Positions 1-9,890 of a DNA stretch of 64,000 nt are shown here, one piece after another. Within the stretch, counting starts at the first letter, position 1, and each line of letters begins with the position of its first letter. The notes beneath the pieces were generated by a model, which was given only the letters and a program-made list of their open reading frames with translations, had not been told where the DNA came from and ran no database searches. The position numbers and the translations under genes were made by a program. This DNA comes from an uncultured virus (IMG/VR IMGVR_UViG_3300020577_004566) (Duplodnaviria > Heunggongvirae > Uroviricota > Caudoviricetes): the IMG/VR virus record IMGVR_UViG_3300020577_004566, one strand, 5' to 3'.

Positions 1-881
1 GGCTTCTGTTGATGGATGGCAGCGTACGTCTTCCTGCCAAGACCGCTAGCGCTCTTCGCCTCCTCAACCTCTTCTTTCCCGAACCGATTCGGCCTGAGTA
101 AATCACCCTCATTGATGCGAGGATCGGTGAATAGCGGGGTAGGTTTACTGATGCGAGGATCATACTCCTCCGGGAATACTAAATGAACATACTTTGGCTG
201 TTCAGATTTAATCAACTCGGCTGACAGGTCTTGCGCATGAACCCGCTGGCCGCAAACAATTCGACGCGGCCTGTCAGGGGTTTCAGTTCGGTTAAAGAAA
301 ATCTTCTTGTAGTAGTAGATTTTGTAGTCACGATTCTTCTTTGAAACACCATCAGACACATCGTGAGGATCGTCGAAAATCTGGATATCGCCACCCTCGC
401 CAGTGGTGCCTGATTCAGCCGACATGGTCACGCGATATCCGCCTGCAGTCGTGTAGTAACGATTGGCAATGTTCTGGCCCGTTTTTAGGCGCGTATTCGG
501 AAACAGTCGCTTATACTCGTGCGTCTCCATGAGCGTACGGGTTTCGCGCGAGTCGCGAGATGCGAAGTCTTTTGAATACGATGCCGTGACAAATCTTAGC
601 TTAGGATCGACCGCCCACGCCCACGCCACAAACAGCACCGCCAACACTTTCGATTTACCAGTTCTTGGGGGAATGTTGATCAATAGATTGCATCCCTCGC
701 TAGCCCACCGGACGCGCGGATCACAATCAATCACCATGCACTGGAGATGCAAGCAGAGCGCCTTCATGTACCAGTCATCAACAAGCGGAAACGGAGATAT
801 GAAACGCCAAAAGTGCTTGACGAACTCATGCAGTGAGCGCCGCAGCTTCACCCTCAATATCTCGTCGCTCGTGACGGTCAT
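1..881 (-). CDS. terL: Terminase large subunit (N-terminal ATPase half; runs off the left edge)
   Basis: Manual translation from ATG at 881: MTVTSDEILRVKLRRSLHEFVKHFW...LLINIPPRTGKS (Walker A)...TTGEGGDIQIFDDPHD (Walker B)...IVCGQRVHAQDL. Start overlaps the upstream stop (TGATG). Missing from the ORF track because no stop lies inside the window. Confidence 0.93.
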   Translation of the reverse strand, partial: MTVTSDEILRVKLRRSLHEFVKHFWRFISPFPLVDDWYMKALCLHLQCMVIDCDPRVRWASEGCNLLINIPPRTGKSKVLAVLFVAWAWAVDPKLRFVTASYSKDFASRDSRETRTLMETHEYKRLFPNTRLKTGQNIANRYYTTAGGYRVTMSAESGTTGEGGDIQIFDDPHDVSDGVSKKNRDYKIYYYKKIFFNRTETPDRPRRIVCGQRVHAQDLSAELIKSEQPKYVHLVFPEEYDPRISKPTPLFTDPRINEGDLLRPNRFGKEEVEEAKSASGLGRKTYAAIHQQK

Positions 882-1450
882 CACTCACCTACAACGATTG
901 AGCCGCCAGCGCGGTTGGCGAGATTTTCCAGGACAAGCAACTCCTCATCGGACATGGATTCGAGAGCAGCAAACTTAGCCGCCTGGACGTCGTCCTTTTT
1001 ATCAAACGACAAATGCCGCTGCACTTGATCAGTAGCAATACCCTTTTGCACCGAAGCATTAACTTGCGTCATTTTCACGGCAAGGCCAGCAGCCGCCAGC
1101 CGCAAGCTTGGCGGGCCTTGCAAGCATTCCTTGACGGCATTTATAACACCGTCGCGCATCTCCTCGTCGACTCTCCAGGGGAAGCGCGTCACCATCCGTA
1201 GCTGTTCGACGATATTGGTATTGCTGGTGTCCAGGTTGATCAGCTCGGCACGCTGCACTACTTGGACAGGCTCAAGCAATGGCTGACGACTGAGGCAATT
1301 ACCAACGGCGATATCTTTTCGACGATTTCCCTTTCCTAACCTCGCGTAGTTCGATTCGTGGGTAGTCGTGCCGGAACCACTTGGCGTTTTTGCGATACGC
1401 TTGGGTGACCGCGCCTTTGTAGTCTTCGACAATTTCTTTTTTGTTGCCAT
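881..1450 (-). CDS. Probable terminase small subunit
   Basis: Basic N-terminus, helical, translationally coupled directly upstream of terL. Positional inference only. Confidence 0.5.
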   Translation of the reverse strand: MATKKKLSKTTKARSPKRIAKTPSGSGTTTHESNYARLGKGNRRKDIAVGNCLSRQPLLEPVQVVQRAELINLDTSNTNIVEQLRMVTRFPWRVDEEMRDGVINAVKECLQGPPSLRLAAAGLAVKMTQVNASVQKGIATDQVQRHLSFDKKDDVQAAKFAALESMSDEELLVLENLANRAGGSIVVGE

Positions 1451-1757
1451 CGCGATCAACTTCCGTGTAGTAGAAATCCCAGATAACCTGCTGCTTGATA
1501 GACTCTACCCAATAGACTACCTGCCTTGCAAGGTTATCAATGTGATTATTATCCCGTAAAAGCTTTAATTCCAGCCACCTCTTGTATTCCCCAGTTGAGT
1601 GAAAATAGCCGTCCTCCGAGTGAACCGGCTTAGCTCCGAACTTGTTTTTTCCTGGAGAAAGAAGATCGATATCAATCGGTATCGTGCATGCTGGATCAGC
1701 GTAGAGCCTCTGCAGAGGCTTTTCAGCATTTGACGACTTTCGCCTGGACTTTGACAC
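1299..1757 (-). CDS. DUF1064-like PD-(D/E)XK nuclease / putative resolvase
   Basis: DGYFHSTGEYKRWLEL...LARQV...DFYY...VEDYKG pattern. Confidence 0.7.
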   Translation of the reverse strand: MSKSRRKSSNAEKPLQRLYADPACTIPIDIDLLSPGKNKFGAKPVHSEDGYFHSTGEYKRWLELKLLRDNNHIDNLARQVVYWVESIKQQVIWDFYYTEVDRDGNKKEIVEDYKGAVTQAYRKNAKWFRHDYPRIELREVRKGKSSKRYRRW

Positions 1758-1971
1758 GATAGCCTTTCAGTGAATAGTTGTGCCCTTCCTTACAGATGAT
1801 TCCGCGCGCAGCTAAAGCGCGAAAAGTAGAGGCTACATTAAGTCTCTGTTTCTTTTCGCGCTTCGCCAGCGACTCACCGATTTCCCTGATAGTTCCCCAT
1901 CGACCAAATCGACGGGCAAATCTGGTCATTTCGGCAATGACAGTTTTTTCACGCGGATACAGCTTCTCCAT
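1723..1971 (-). CDS. Small winged-helix protein resembling the LexA DNA-binding domain
   Basis: GTIREIGESL...VASTFRALAARGII pattern; start codon lies inside a motif-B palindrome. Confidence 0.55.
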   Translation of the reverse strand: MEKLYPREKTVIAEMTRFARRFGRWGTIREIGESLAKREKKQRLNVASTFRALAARGIICKEGHNYSLKGYRVKVQAKVVKC

Positions 1972-2584
1972 GATTCATTTTGTATCATATTTACTCTAAA
2001 GAATCCAGATAGCTATCTATCTGTTCTTTGATCAATCGTAGACTAGGAACGTCAACCGCGCCGTTGTGCAAATTGAGTCGCGACGAAAGACTCTTGATCG
2101 CGCGCAAGCGCCGGTCATGCCTCAGCTTTGACACGATAGCTTCGTCAAGTTCATCAAGAGATATCATCGGCCCGGCTTTGGCCGACAACTGAGAGACGAT
2201 CTCTTTTTCCTTCTCTCCCTTGACCGCAAAGGCCAAAGCGTTCAGGCCCTCCACAAAATCAACCGTAAAATCATCGGGCCAGTCAATCTTTCCGCCCCAT
2301 GATCCTACGATCATCCCAAGATAAAACGCCTCTAGGAATGACCTTTGCGAATCATTCATGATTGATGCAGTTTCCACGGCTCTCCTTCTCCTTTTGATGG
2401 ATTTCGACCGCCTGAACAAAACTCCCAAGGCAACCCATGAAAGCAAAGATTGCAACCCATATCGAGATAAATCCCAAGACAATAGGCTGAGCGTAATTGT
2501 AGATCAGCCATAGCACCAGAGCGGCGCTAGGCAGGAATATCAGCGCACACACCAGAGATATAGCCAGCAGACCGTAGACACGAC

Positions 2585-3217
2585 TCATAAGACTCCCTTG
2601 GCCCGAAGGCTCCTTCGGTACTTTCTTGGGAATGCCCAAGCGCCCTGCTTTTTGCATCGCTTCCTGAACTTGTGAATCAGTCGCATGTGGACTAGCGACA
2701 GCGCCGGTTCATCATTGTCTTTGTCGCTCCACAAGTCCCACCAAATCTTGTCCCAAGGCCCACCGGCGATTTCATCCTCCCAAGCATCACCCCAATGGAT
2801 TGTTACTTTGGGATGCGCTATGGAATCGCCGCAAAGCTTGATTACGTTTTTATCACGCTCGATCACATCGATTGACGTAACGTTGTCATTGACCAGAAGC
2901 CCGCGAACCACGCAGCCAAGTCCAAGGCCACCGACAAGAATCTTGCCTTTAGCCTTCATGCAAAAATCGAGATGAGTCCGCAGCTCGCAAGGCATATCGT
3001 TCATTACTACTTCGCCCGGAAACGCGCTATTCATCAGAGAATCGTTAGTGAGTCGATAAAGAAACGTGTACGATCCAGGGCAACACTCCCTGCCATGCTT
3101 AATGGCTATCTTAAAGGCATCCTCTCCGCTGATCACTCTCTTTCTGACAAACCACAAACCGGCGTCACCGGCTGGGATGGAATCAGCCCTCATTGCAGAC
3201 AAAATGCGGTCTTTCAT
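2585..3217 (-). CDS. Class I SAM-dependent methyltransferase (spermidine-synthase-like fold)
   Basis: ILVGGLGLGCV motif I, IDVIE, GDAW, D..WWD. Confidence 0.75.
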   Translation of the reverse strand: MKDRILSAMRADSIPAGDAGLWFVRKRVISGEDAFKIAIKHGRECCPGSYTFLYRLTNDSLMNSAFPGEVVMNDMPCELRTHLDFCMKAKGKILVGGLGLGCVVRGLLVNDNVTSIDVIERDKNVIKLCGDSIAHPKVTIHWGDAWEDEIAGGPWDKIWWDLWSDKDNDEPALSLVHMRLIHKFRKRCKKQGAWAFPRKYRRSLRAKGVL

Positions 3218-3256
3218 TGATTAGCCTCTAGCTTGATCATACTGAATAGGAATGAA

Positions 3257-3748
3257 CTATTCAACCGACCAGTCTATAGAATCTCTGATTTCGTCGGCGC
3301 TGCCCGGCCAATCGTCTTCGGAATCATCAATGCTTTCAGCGTCACCATAAGCCCGCTCAAGATCATCGGCAATTCTGTCACACGCATCGGCGCGTTCATT
3401 AAGCAAGTCGATAGTTGGTGAGCCGCCAGAAAACGCGCTTTCCATGTTACTCGCCTTTTCTCTGCAATCGTCGGCGAGAGAGCGAATCTCTTCCGCAGCA
3501 CTGGACAGATCGGCAGCAAGAGCCTCCATGTCATCGGCATTATCAACATCGATTGCGCTTATCCGTTCCTCAAGCCCTAGTACGGTTGAAAGGAACTCTG
3601 ATTGAGTCAACTGACTTGGCCTTGGGCGAGTCAGGCTTACTTGCTTTCCGCCGCGACGAAACTTCCACCAGTAGTAGCTGTCGCCTTTTTTGATGCCAGC
3701 CGCCTTGTTGGACTTGCGCGCTTTCTTGACAAAATGAACTTTAGGCAT
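3257..3748 (-). CDS. Hypothetical phage protein (basic N-terminus, acidic coiled C-terminus)
   Basis: Clean ORF coupled to the helicase stop. Confidence 0.65.
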   Translation of the reverse strand: MPKVHFVKKARKSNKAAGIKKGDSYYWWKFRRGGKQVSLTRPRPSQLTQSEFLSTVLGLEERISAIDVDNADDMEALAADLSSAAEEIRSLADDCREKASNMESAFSGGSPTIDLLNERADACDRIADDLERAYGDAESIDDSEDDWPGSADEIRDSIDWSVE

Positions 3749-5501
3749 TTCGCTTACCCCTTCCGTGCTTATAGAGAAGCTCGTACCCGTCCCGTGCAGT
3801 GCGCGGAGAATCGTATATTCCCATTCCGCGCAACTTGGACACTATCCAGGACGGGCACGTTTCTCTTGATCGCTTGGTCATCACCTGATTTCTCAGGCTA
3901 TTCATAACACCACGGGCCTTGGCTCCGGTGAGTGAACGAAAGAAATCTTCCGAGTAGGTCTTGCCCAGTTCTCGCGTCATTCTCCTGATAGAGTCGACTA
4001 TCTTTGGTGAAGCCGGATTAGCCGCACGGGCCACGTACCTTTGTCGCCCGGTCACATCTTCTCCGCCCCAAGGATCAATATCGCGCGTAACAGTCTCGCA
4101 CTCAACAGCTATGGATTGCCTGATACGCGCATCACGAACAAGGAACCGCTTATATTTGTCTTCCGCGTCTTGAACGGCTTCCTCTATATCAGGATCACGT
4201 CCCTTGCGTATCTGTTCGTCGACAATCTCTTTGGCTATCTCGCGAACCTTGTCCGGATGATTTTCTGTCCAAAGATCAACCGGATGCTTGAGCTTATTAT
4301 TTCCGCTCGACCCACCGTAGTCCAAGACGACTGCATGCGGCTTGTGGCTTGCAGCGATTTTGGCCAGCCGGACGCTGGCAGGAACCTTCTCTAGGCCGGA
4401 CAATATACTGACGCCATTTTCGTCATTGCATGGTCTCAGAACGCGGCCTACAATCTGAACGTACTTAGATCGAGACTTCGTGAATATACCGACCATGCAA
4501 AGCTGAGCAGCAACCAAATCCGCGCCTTCAAGGAACACTCCTTGGTTGAACATAAAGCGGAGAATCTTTTCCTCGAATTGCCGCTCGATATTTCTCCGCT
4601 CTTGCAAGCCAAAATCCATCTTAGCATCGGTATAGTCTCCAGGCTTGTACGATGCAACGTAGTCAGCCTTTCCGGGCATCGCATCGTTGACGAGACTGGC
4701 CCACAACTTAGCCAGCTTGACCGATGGCGCGAAGCCAACCGTTTGCATGCCGTCATGCTTTTCGATCAACGGCTTGATGACTGCGTAATCACTCTTGTGC
4801 TTCTCCCATATTTTGACGCATTCCCTTTCTGTTACTTCTGAGTTGTCGGAGCTGATCGCGGAGAAGTCCAGTTTGATCGTTATATCGTACTTTATCTTTG
4901 GCTTGAGAATCCAGCCGTCTTTGACGAACTGCCTCACTTGGCCATTAAAGGCAACCGATTCACATAGCGCCTTCGGGCTAACTAGCGGCTCCTCGTCTGT
5001 CCGGTCTGGCGTAGCGCTGTACACGATCACCGGGCAGCCAAAATGGGCCACGATGTCGGCGTACATGCTATCGACAGTCGCGTGATGCCCCTCGTCGATC
5101 AAGACAAGCCCTACAGAATCCTTTGGTATCTTTGCAAGCGCCTTAGCGCCAAGCGCCTGGACTGAGCCGCTGACAACAGCTCCATTTTTTACGTCCGACC
5201 AGATCACATCCTTTTCGTCACCCGAAAACGTGTAGCACTTTCTTCCTAGCCGCTGCACAGCAGTCCTGTTGCCCCGCACAAGCCCTTTCAGGTGAGCAAG
5301 TATCAAACTGCCCCTGCCAGACAATTCAGCCCCCCTGATAGCCGTGGAAGCCATCGTGAGCGACTTCCCGCAGCCCATAGGGGCCACACAGAGAGTCCCC
5401 CGGTGTTTTTTGGTCATAACATTTTCGAGAGCCTTTTCGCGCATCTCGTCCTGATAATCTCTCAGGATTACGCTTGGCTTGTCTTCCATATCGAATAACA
5501 T
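3741..5501 (-). CDS. Superfamily 2 (DExH) helicase
   Basis: LRDYQ, APMGCGKS, IDEGHH, SATPDR, EGADL, QIVGRVLR motifs. Confidence 0.92.
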   Translation of the reverse strand: MLFDMEDKPSVILRDYQDEMREKALENVMTKKHRGTLCVAPMGCGKSLTMASTAIRGAELSGRGSLILAHLKGLVRGNRTAVQRLGRKCYTFSGDEKDVIWSDVKNGAVVSGSVQALGAKALAKIPKDSVGLVLIDEGHHATVDSMYADIVAHFGCPVIVYSATPDRTDEEPLVSPKALCESVAFNGQVRQFVKDGWILKPKIKYDITIKLDFSAISSDNSEVTERECVKIWEKHKSDYAVIKPLIEKHDGMQTVGFAPSVKLAKLWASLVNDAMPGKADYVASYKPGDYTDAKMDFGLQERRNIERQFEEKILRFMFNQGVFLEGADLVAAQLCMVGIFTKSRSKYVQIVGRVLRPCNDENGVSILSGLEKVPASVRLAKIAASHKPHAVVLDYGGSSGNNKLKHPVDLWTENHPDKVREIAKEIVDEQIRKGRDPDIEEAVQDAEDKYKRFLVRDARIRQSIAVECETVTRDIDPWGGEDVTGRQRYVARAANPASPKIVDSIRRMTRELGKTYSEDFFRSLTGAKARGVMNSLRNQVMTKRSRETCPSWIVSKLRGMGIYDSPRTARDGYELLYKHGRGKRNA

Positions 5502-5700
5502 GCGTCACCACTCGCATAGAAATCGCCAGTGCCGAACTCGAATCAGCTCCCTCCAGTCACCGTCTTTGACTGGCCATGCACCCTACACCTTCTGGCGAAA
5601 ATTGGATCAAGCAGACCTGTGTGCATCTCGTACTATGATACTTGCAGAACCAGCCGACCGTAAGCGTTGCCGCGCCGATCCGTCTTACTTGATCCAATGC

Positions 5701-5997
5701 TCATTCAACTACCGCTAAAACAAACTCTTCCCTGATTATTGATAGGGTTTCCCCGGCCCATTCAAAGTCCTCGGCTCCGTAACTTCCAAAAAGAACTTTT
5801 TGCCCGACCTTCACGGACATGGGAATGAGTTTTCCATCCTCACCCTTTTCTCCAGGGCCTACGCCGACAACCGTGCCACGGTACTGCGTTCGTTGGGCGC
5901 TGTCAGGGATAAAAATCCCACCCTTGCTCACCTTCTCTTTGTCGTCGCGCTTAATGATCACGCGATCATTCATAGCAACCAGCTTGCGTCCATCCAT
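5701..5997 (-). CDS. groES: Co-chaperonin GroES
   Basis: DRVIIKR..EKVSKGGIFIPDSAQ..GTVVGVGPG..SVKVGQKVLF. Confidence 0.95.
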   Translation of the reverse strand: MDGRKLVAMNDRVIIKRDDKEKVSKGGIFIPDSAQRTQYRGTVVGVGPGEKGEDGKLIPMSVKVGQKVLFGSYGAEDFEWAGETLSIIREEFVLAVVE

Positions 5998-6022
5998 TGC
6001 ATTCTCCTTGTTAAAATGCCAA

Positions 6023-6095
6023 AGGTGCGGACGGGAATCGAACCCGTAACGTCAAGCTTGGAAGGCTTGCACTCTGCCAGTTGAGTTACCACACC
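6023..6095 (-). tRNA. tRNA-Gly(TCC), no encoded CCA
   Basis: GGTGTGG acceptor, D arm ACTC/GAGT, anticodon arm CAAGC-CTTCCAA-GCTTG, T arm ACGGG-TTCGATT-CCCGT. Confidence 0.9.
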
Positions 6096-6098
6096 AAA

Positions 6099-6194
6099 AG
6101 CCCGAAGCTGGAATTGAACCAACACCCTCCTCCATCTCCATCCGTACGCGATGTGCAAACGATAGAGGCGCTCTGCCATTAGAGCTATTCGGGC
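6099..6194 (-). tRNA. tRNA-like gene with a 30-nt insert in place of the 7-nt anticodon loop
   Basis: Acceptor GCCCGAA/TTCGGGC, D arm GCTC-TAATGGCA-GAGC, T arm GTTGG-TTCAATT-CCAGC. Anticodon stem CCTCT/GGAGG encloses 30 nt. Confidence 0.75.
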
Positions 6195-6228
6195 CAATTA
6201 GCCTCGCGCGAGGCTAATTAAAAGACAC

Positions 6229-7263
6229 TTACTTACCCTGTGCCGTTCGCTTAGTCACCCACCCATCCTCCGTGTCGTCGGCGACGGCGAAAGGCTGATA
6301 GAGGTCAAGAGCCTGAACAATGTCATCCAAATGAGTTGCCAGCTCCTTGGGGATATGCTTTGCCGATTGCTTCTTGAGGAGCTTCTTGAATCCGCTGGCA
6401 TAGTCTTTAAGTTGTTCGCGAAGGATGCTGAATTGCTCACGATCCTCAAAGACTCCCAATAGGCGCTTTGGCACTTCCTTGTTTTTGCCATCCTTGAGAA
6501 CTGGCCCTGCGGCCTCCTTTGCCTCTTTGTCAAGCCGCGCCTTAGCTGCTTTAAGGGTCTTGCATTCCTCATTCTTGACGAGTGCCAGCGCTGCTTTCTG
6601 CGTTTCATGATCAAACTCAACAATGAAGTTGGCATCGTTGGCACTGACAATATCAGCGTCCAGTGCCTTCCAGAGAGCTGGTATGCCCTTCTCCCTGACG
6701 CGCTTAACACGCTCCATCAGGGCAGTGCTAACGCCAGCCTCTTTGGCCTCTTTCTTCGCTTTCTTGCCTTCTCCTGGAGCAGCGCGCTTAGCTTTCTTTT
6801 TCGCCTTCTTAGGCTTCCCTTCGCCATCGTCGTCATCGGCTGGTGGAGCATCGTCCTCTACATCCTCTTCCGGCGCTGCATTTGCAACGCGCATCGCCTT
6901 TTCTTCCTCGTCTTTCATTTCAAGATACAAGACTGCGGCGCGAGAAGGGGCGAGGTGACGATGGCAAATCTCTGACTTGGACAAACTCCAGCATTCAGGA
7001 TCAGAGATTTCAATGATTTCAACAGGAATCGGAACTCCAGCTTCACGCGCCGCCTTGATACGGTGACGACCAGAAACCACAGCGCCACTGCCGTCCTGAA
7101 CAAGGATCGGATGGCGGATTCCGTTCACCTTAACGTCTTCCAAGAGCCGCTGATAATCAGCGTCGCTGTGCGCGTCCGGCTTGGTGCAGGACGCATGGTA
7201 AGTGACCTCCTTCATCTTGGCCGGATGCCACGTAGTTTCCTTTACGACTTTGAACGAACTCAT
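6229..7263 (-). CDS. ParB N-terminal domain protein
   Basis: LLEDVKVNGIRHPILV...VVSGRHRIKAA ParB/Srx motif, then an acidic/basic linker and an HTH-like segment. Confidence 0.85.
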   Translation of the reverse strand: MSSFKVVKETTWHPAKMKEVTYHASCTKPDAHSDADYQRLLEDVKVNGIRHPILVQDGSGAVVSGRHRIKAAREAGVPIPVEIIEISDPECWSLSKSEICHRHLAPSRAAVLYLEMKDEEEKAMRVANAAPEEDVEDDAPPADDDDGEGKPKKAKKKAKRAAPGEGKKAKKEAKEAGVSTALMERVKRVREKGIPALWKALDADIVSANDANFIVEFDHETQKAALALVKNEECKTLKAAKARLDKEAKEAAGPVLKDGKNKEVPKRLLGVFEDREQFSILREQLKDYASGFKKLLKKQSAKHIPKELATHLDDIVQALDLYQPFAVADDTEDGWVTKRTAQGK

Positions 7264-7295
7264 GCCATTCTCCTTGCTTAAAGGTTAAGTGATTG

Positions 7296-8279
7296 TTAGC
7301 CGTCTTCGCCCGGCTGGCGTTCTTCAGAAGAGTCTGACATCGCCTTCTTGCGGCGGTCAAATATCTGATCGAGAAACTCGATATTCCCCTTGGTTAATTT
7401 TTTCTTCTGGGCAGCGTAGTTTTTCAAGGCTTTTTCCAAGTCCTGATTGCCCGAAGCTTCATTGCACAGCCACCAGAAAAGCCCGAAGTCGGTGACGTGC
7501 TTCTTGAGTTCCTCGCCCTTCATGGCACTTGCCATTGTATCGACAAAGGGCTTGACCTCCTTTGTCCAGCTTGGAACTTTACCCGATTCAAACGCCACTT
7601 TGATCGGAAATCTTTGCTTAATCGACTCCTTGGCGGCGTCAAACTCTTTCGACTTTGGATTGGCGTCCTGTTTACTCTCTACTGGCGGAGCAGGCTCTTT
7701 CTTTTCTTCTGGCTGCTTATTCTCATCCGGTTTCTGCTCTTGCTTTGGGGCCTGTTGTTGCGTCGGTGGACTTTGCTTCTTCTCCTGTTGCTGAGGCTTT
7801 TGCTGCTGCCTACCCTGCTGTTCATGCTGCCCATTATCCTGATCAGGATCGTCACCCTTTCGAGACGAGAATAACTGAGCATAGGCGTACTTGAGTGAGT
7901 AGGTCAGAATCTTTCCAGGGGACTTGTCTTGGTCATCTAAGCCATGAGCCGGAATGTTGAAGTGATGCTCTTCTCCAGTATCAGCATCTACCGCCATGTA
8001 GTGGCACAGACCAATCATGTGCAGATAAGTCTTTACCCCATATTTCGTCTGCGTGTCGCGGAACTCAAAATGAAGCATCTCAAACTTAACTGGGATAATG
8101 CTCACGCCATGCTTGGCACACAAGGGCAAATAGACGTCAAGCACGCTTTCAATGCTAGCCGTCTTCTTGTTACCGACGCCGCTAACCGTGTCTTTGACAG
8201 CCGCTGGCGCTTGCGTCTGGATAGCGTTGATTTTCTTCCACAGCCCCACTGTCGGGACTTTCTTTTTTTCTGGTGCCAT
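7296..8279 (-). CDS. ERF-family single-strand annealing protein
   Basis: DDQDKSPGKILTYSLKYAYAQLF...DDPD motif followed by a Q/P-rich linker. Confidence 0.8.
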   Translation of the reverse strand: MAPEKKKVPTVGLWKKINAIQTQAPAAVKDTVSGVGNKKTASIESVLDVYLPLCAKHGVSIIPVKFEMLHFEFRDTQTKYGVKTYLHMIGLCHYMAVDADTGEEHHFNIPAHGLDDQDKSPGKILTYSLKYAYAQLFSSRKGDDPDQDNGQHEQQGRQQQKPQQQEKKQSPPTQQQAPKQEQKPDENKQPEEKKEPAPPVESKQDANPKSKEFDAAKESIKQRFPIKVAFESGKVPSWTKEVKPFVDTMASAMKGEELKKHVTDFGLFWWLCNEASGNQDLEKALKNYAAQKKKLTKGNIEFLDQIFDRRKKAMSDSSEERQPGEDG

Positions 8280-8301
8280 TGTCATTCTCCTTGTGATTCC
8301 C

Positions 8302-8329
8302 ATGATACAAGATGAATCATGGGCGTCAA
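8302..8329 (-). promoter_or_regulatory. Sigma-70-type promoter for the ERF-ParB-tRNA-GroES-helicase operon, overlapped by motif B
   Basis: TTGACG-16 nt-TATCAT on the minus strand. Confidence 0.6.
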
Positions 8330-8360
8330 GTATTTTGATTAGCCTCCGTAGAGGCTTTCG

Positions 8361-9159
8361 CTATTTGGTAGCGTATTTACGATCCTTCTTTGGCCCAAGA
8401 TAAGCGTCAATGGCTTTCCAAGTACTCTTGATTCCAAGCTCCTTGCAAGTCTCCTTGAAGGCTGGCCCATCCTTGCTCATAGTGCCTTCCGCAATCGCCT
8501 TGTGACAGCGGAGCAGGACGGATTCAACGTCCATGTTGGCCGGGTAGTTTTGCGGATTGAGCTTGTACGCCAAACGGAAATGCTTGTCGTACTCGGCGCA
8601 AAAGATATCAAAGTTAGTCATGACTCTGGCCCTGTGGGTTATAGTTACCTTGTAAGTGCCTTGCATAAAGCTTGGCACGAGACTGCGATGAGTTATCATA
8701 GCTACTCATATCTCCATGAATCGCCAACGCGCTTAACCTTGCTCGACATAGCAATTGCTTCTTGTTCTGTCTCGCAATTGCCAACGTCGCGCCATTCACC
8801 GTTGATGTTAATTTCGACAAACCAACGAATATGACTGCAGCCTTTGAAAGTTGGAATGTTGATTGGAGTAATTTTCATGGCTTTGAGCGACAGGCCTTGA
8901 ATTACGCAGCTCATAGAATCTCTCCCATAACATAGTCATGAACTTTGACCGCTGGCTTGCCGGTAACACTCAGATAGCCAGTGTATTTTCCGTAGTGAGC
9001 AGTGAACTTAGGATGACCAAAAGTTCCAGGGACAGCCTCCAGAGAGAACGCATAGACATGGGCATCATTTTCCCAGTCGGCTGAGCAGTTGGTGAAGCCA
9101 GCAGCCCGAACCATTGCTTGAAGTTCTTTAAGGCTCATCTCAGTCACTCCTTGTTTCAA
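8361..9159 (-). CDS. Three small hypothetical early-type genes (8361-8699, 8702-8914, 8911-9159)
   Basis: Tightly packed ORFs downstream of the motif-C promoter at 9161-9206. Confidence 0.6.
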
Positions 9160-9160
9160 T

Positions 9161-9206
9161 CACTCACCACACAATCAATCATACTCTCTGGTAATGATAT
9201 CGGCAA
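9161..9206 (-). promoter_or_regulatory. Early promoter, motif C copy 1
   Basis: TTGCCG-17-TATGAT followed by GTGTGGTGAG; nearly identical to the copy at 62560-62605. Confidence 0.85.
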
Positions 9207-9262
9207 CTAAAAAGGGAAAGAATTATCAAAATAATCCTTTCCCTGTCAGATTACCCTGAAAA

Positions 9263-9814
9263 CTAGGCAGATTGCTGGCCTTGACGCCATTCCGGCTTGT
9301 GCTTGTCTAGCAGCTCGTGCAAGCCTATCCAGCCGTAACCACCCCTGCCATCCTCCACCTGAATACATGGCCCCGTCTCGCCCATCGCAATGGCTACCGT
9401 CAAAGCCAATCCAGTCAGACCAGTGTCTTTGTAGAAGCCGATTACCGGGCCTTGGTTTTTGTCGTCGTAAATGGCAATTGTCGATTTTGGATACTTATCA
9501 CCTTCAGGCTCTGAATTGATCCAGATTCCAGCGCAGCTTTCCATCGGACAAATAGCAATCTGACTTCTCTTGTCTGGAGAGCGAACGATCAACCTTCCTT
9601 CTATGATCACGTCGCCTTTGATTACCTTATTGTCCGGCTCTGGAGTGTCAGCATCCTCTTGCTTGCCAACTTCCTCTTTCGCTTTCTCGAGTCGATCCTG
9701 AAGCTTCTTCTTGACGTTGTCCGCCAGCGCCGGAGGCATCTCAGCTTCCTTTTCCTTTTCTCCGCTTTGCAAAGGCAGCTCCTCTGCAACGGTAGGTTTT
9801 TTCTCTTCGCTCAT
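9263..9814 (-). CDS. Hypothetical protein
   Basis: 183-aa ORF with a plausible RBS. Confidence 0.6.
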   Translation of the reverse strand: MSEEKKPTVAEELPLQSGEKEKEAEMPPALADNVKKKLQDRLEKAKEEVGKQEDADTPEPDNKVIKGDVIIEGRLIVRSPDKRSQIAICPMESCAGIWINSEPEGDKYPKSTIAIYDDKNQGPVIGFYKDTGLTGLALTVAIAMGETGPCIQVEDGRGGYGWIGLHELLDKHKPEWRQGQQSA

Positions 9815-9840
9815 CGGAATTACCTTTCAAAAACAGGAAC

Positions 9841-9883
9841 AAAGAAAGAAAGCGCAGAGCATCCGTAGAGGCTCTGCGCTTTC
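9841..9883 (-). terminator. Intrinsic terminator built on a motif-A copy
   Basis: GAAAGCGCAGAGC...GCTCTGCGCTTTC hairpin followed by TTTCTTT on the minus strand, just after the stop at 9891. Confidence 0.7.
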
Positions 9884-9890
9884 GTGAGTT

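Noticed and set aside
212..978. ORF-track calls 212-394, 341-532 and 463-978
   Set aside because: They are shadows of terL, which occupies 1-881 on the minus strand.
5970..6197. 75-aa ORF
   Set aside because: It overlaps the two tRNA-type genes.
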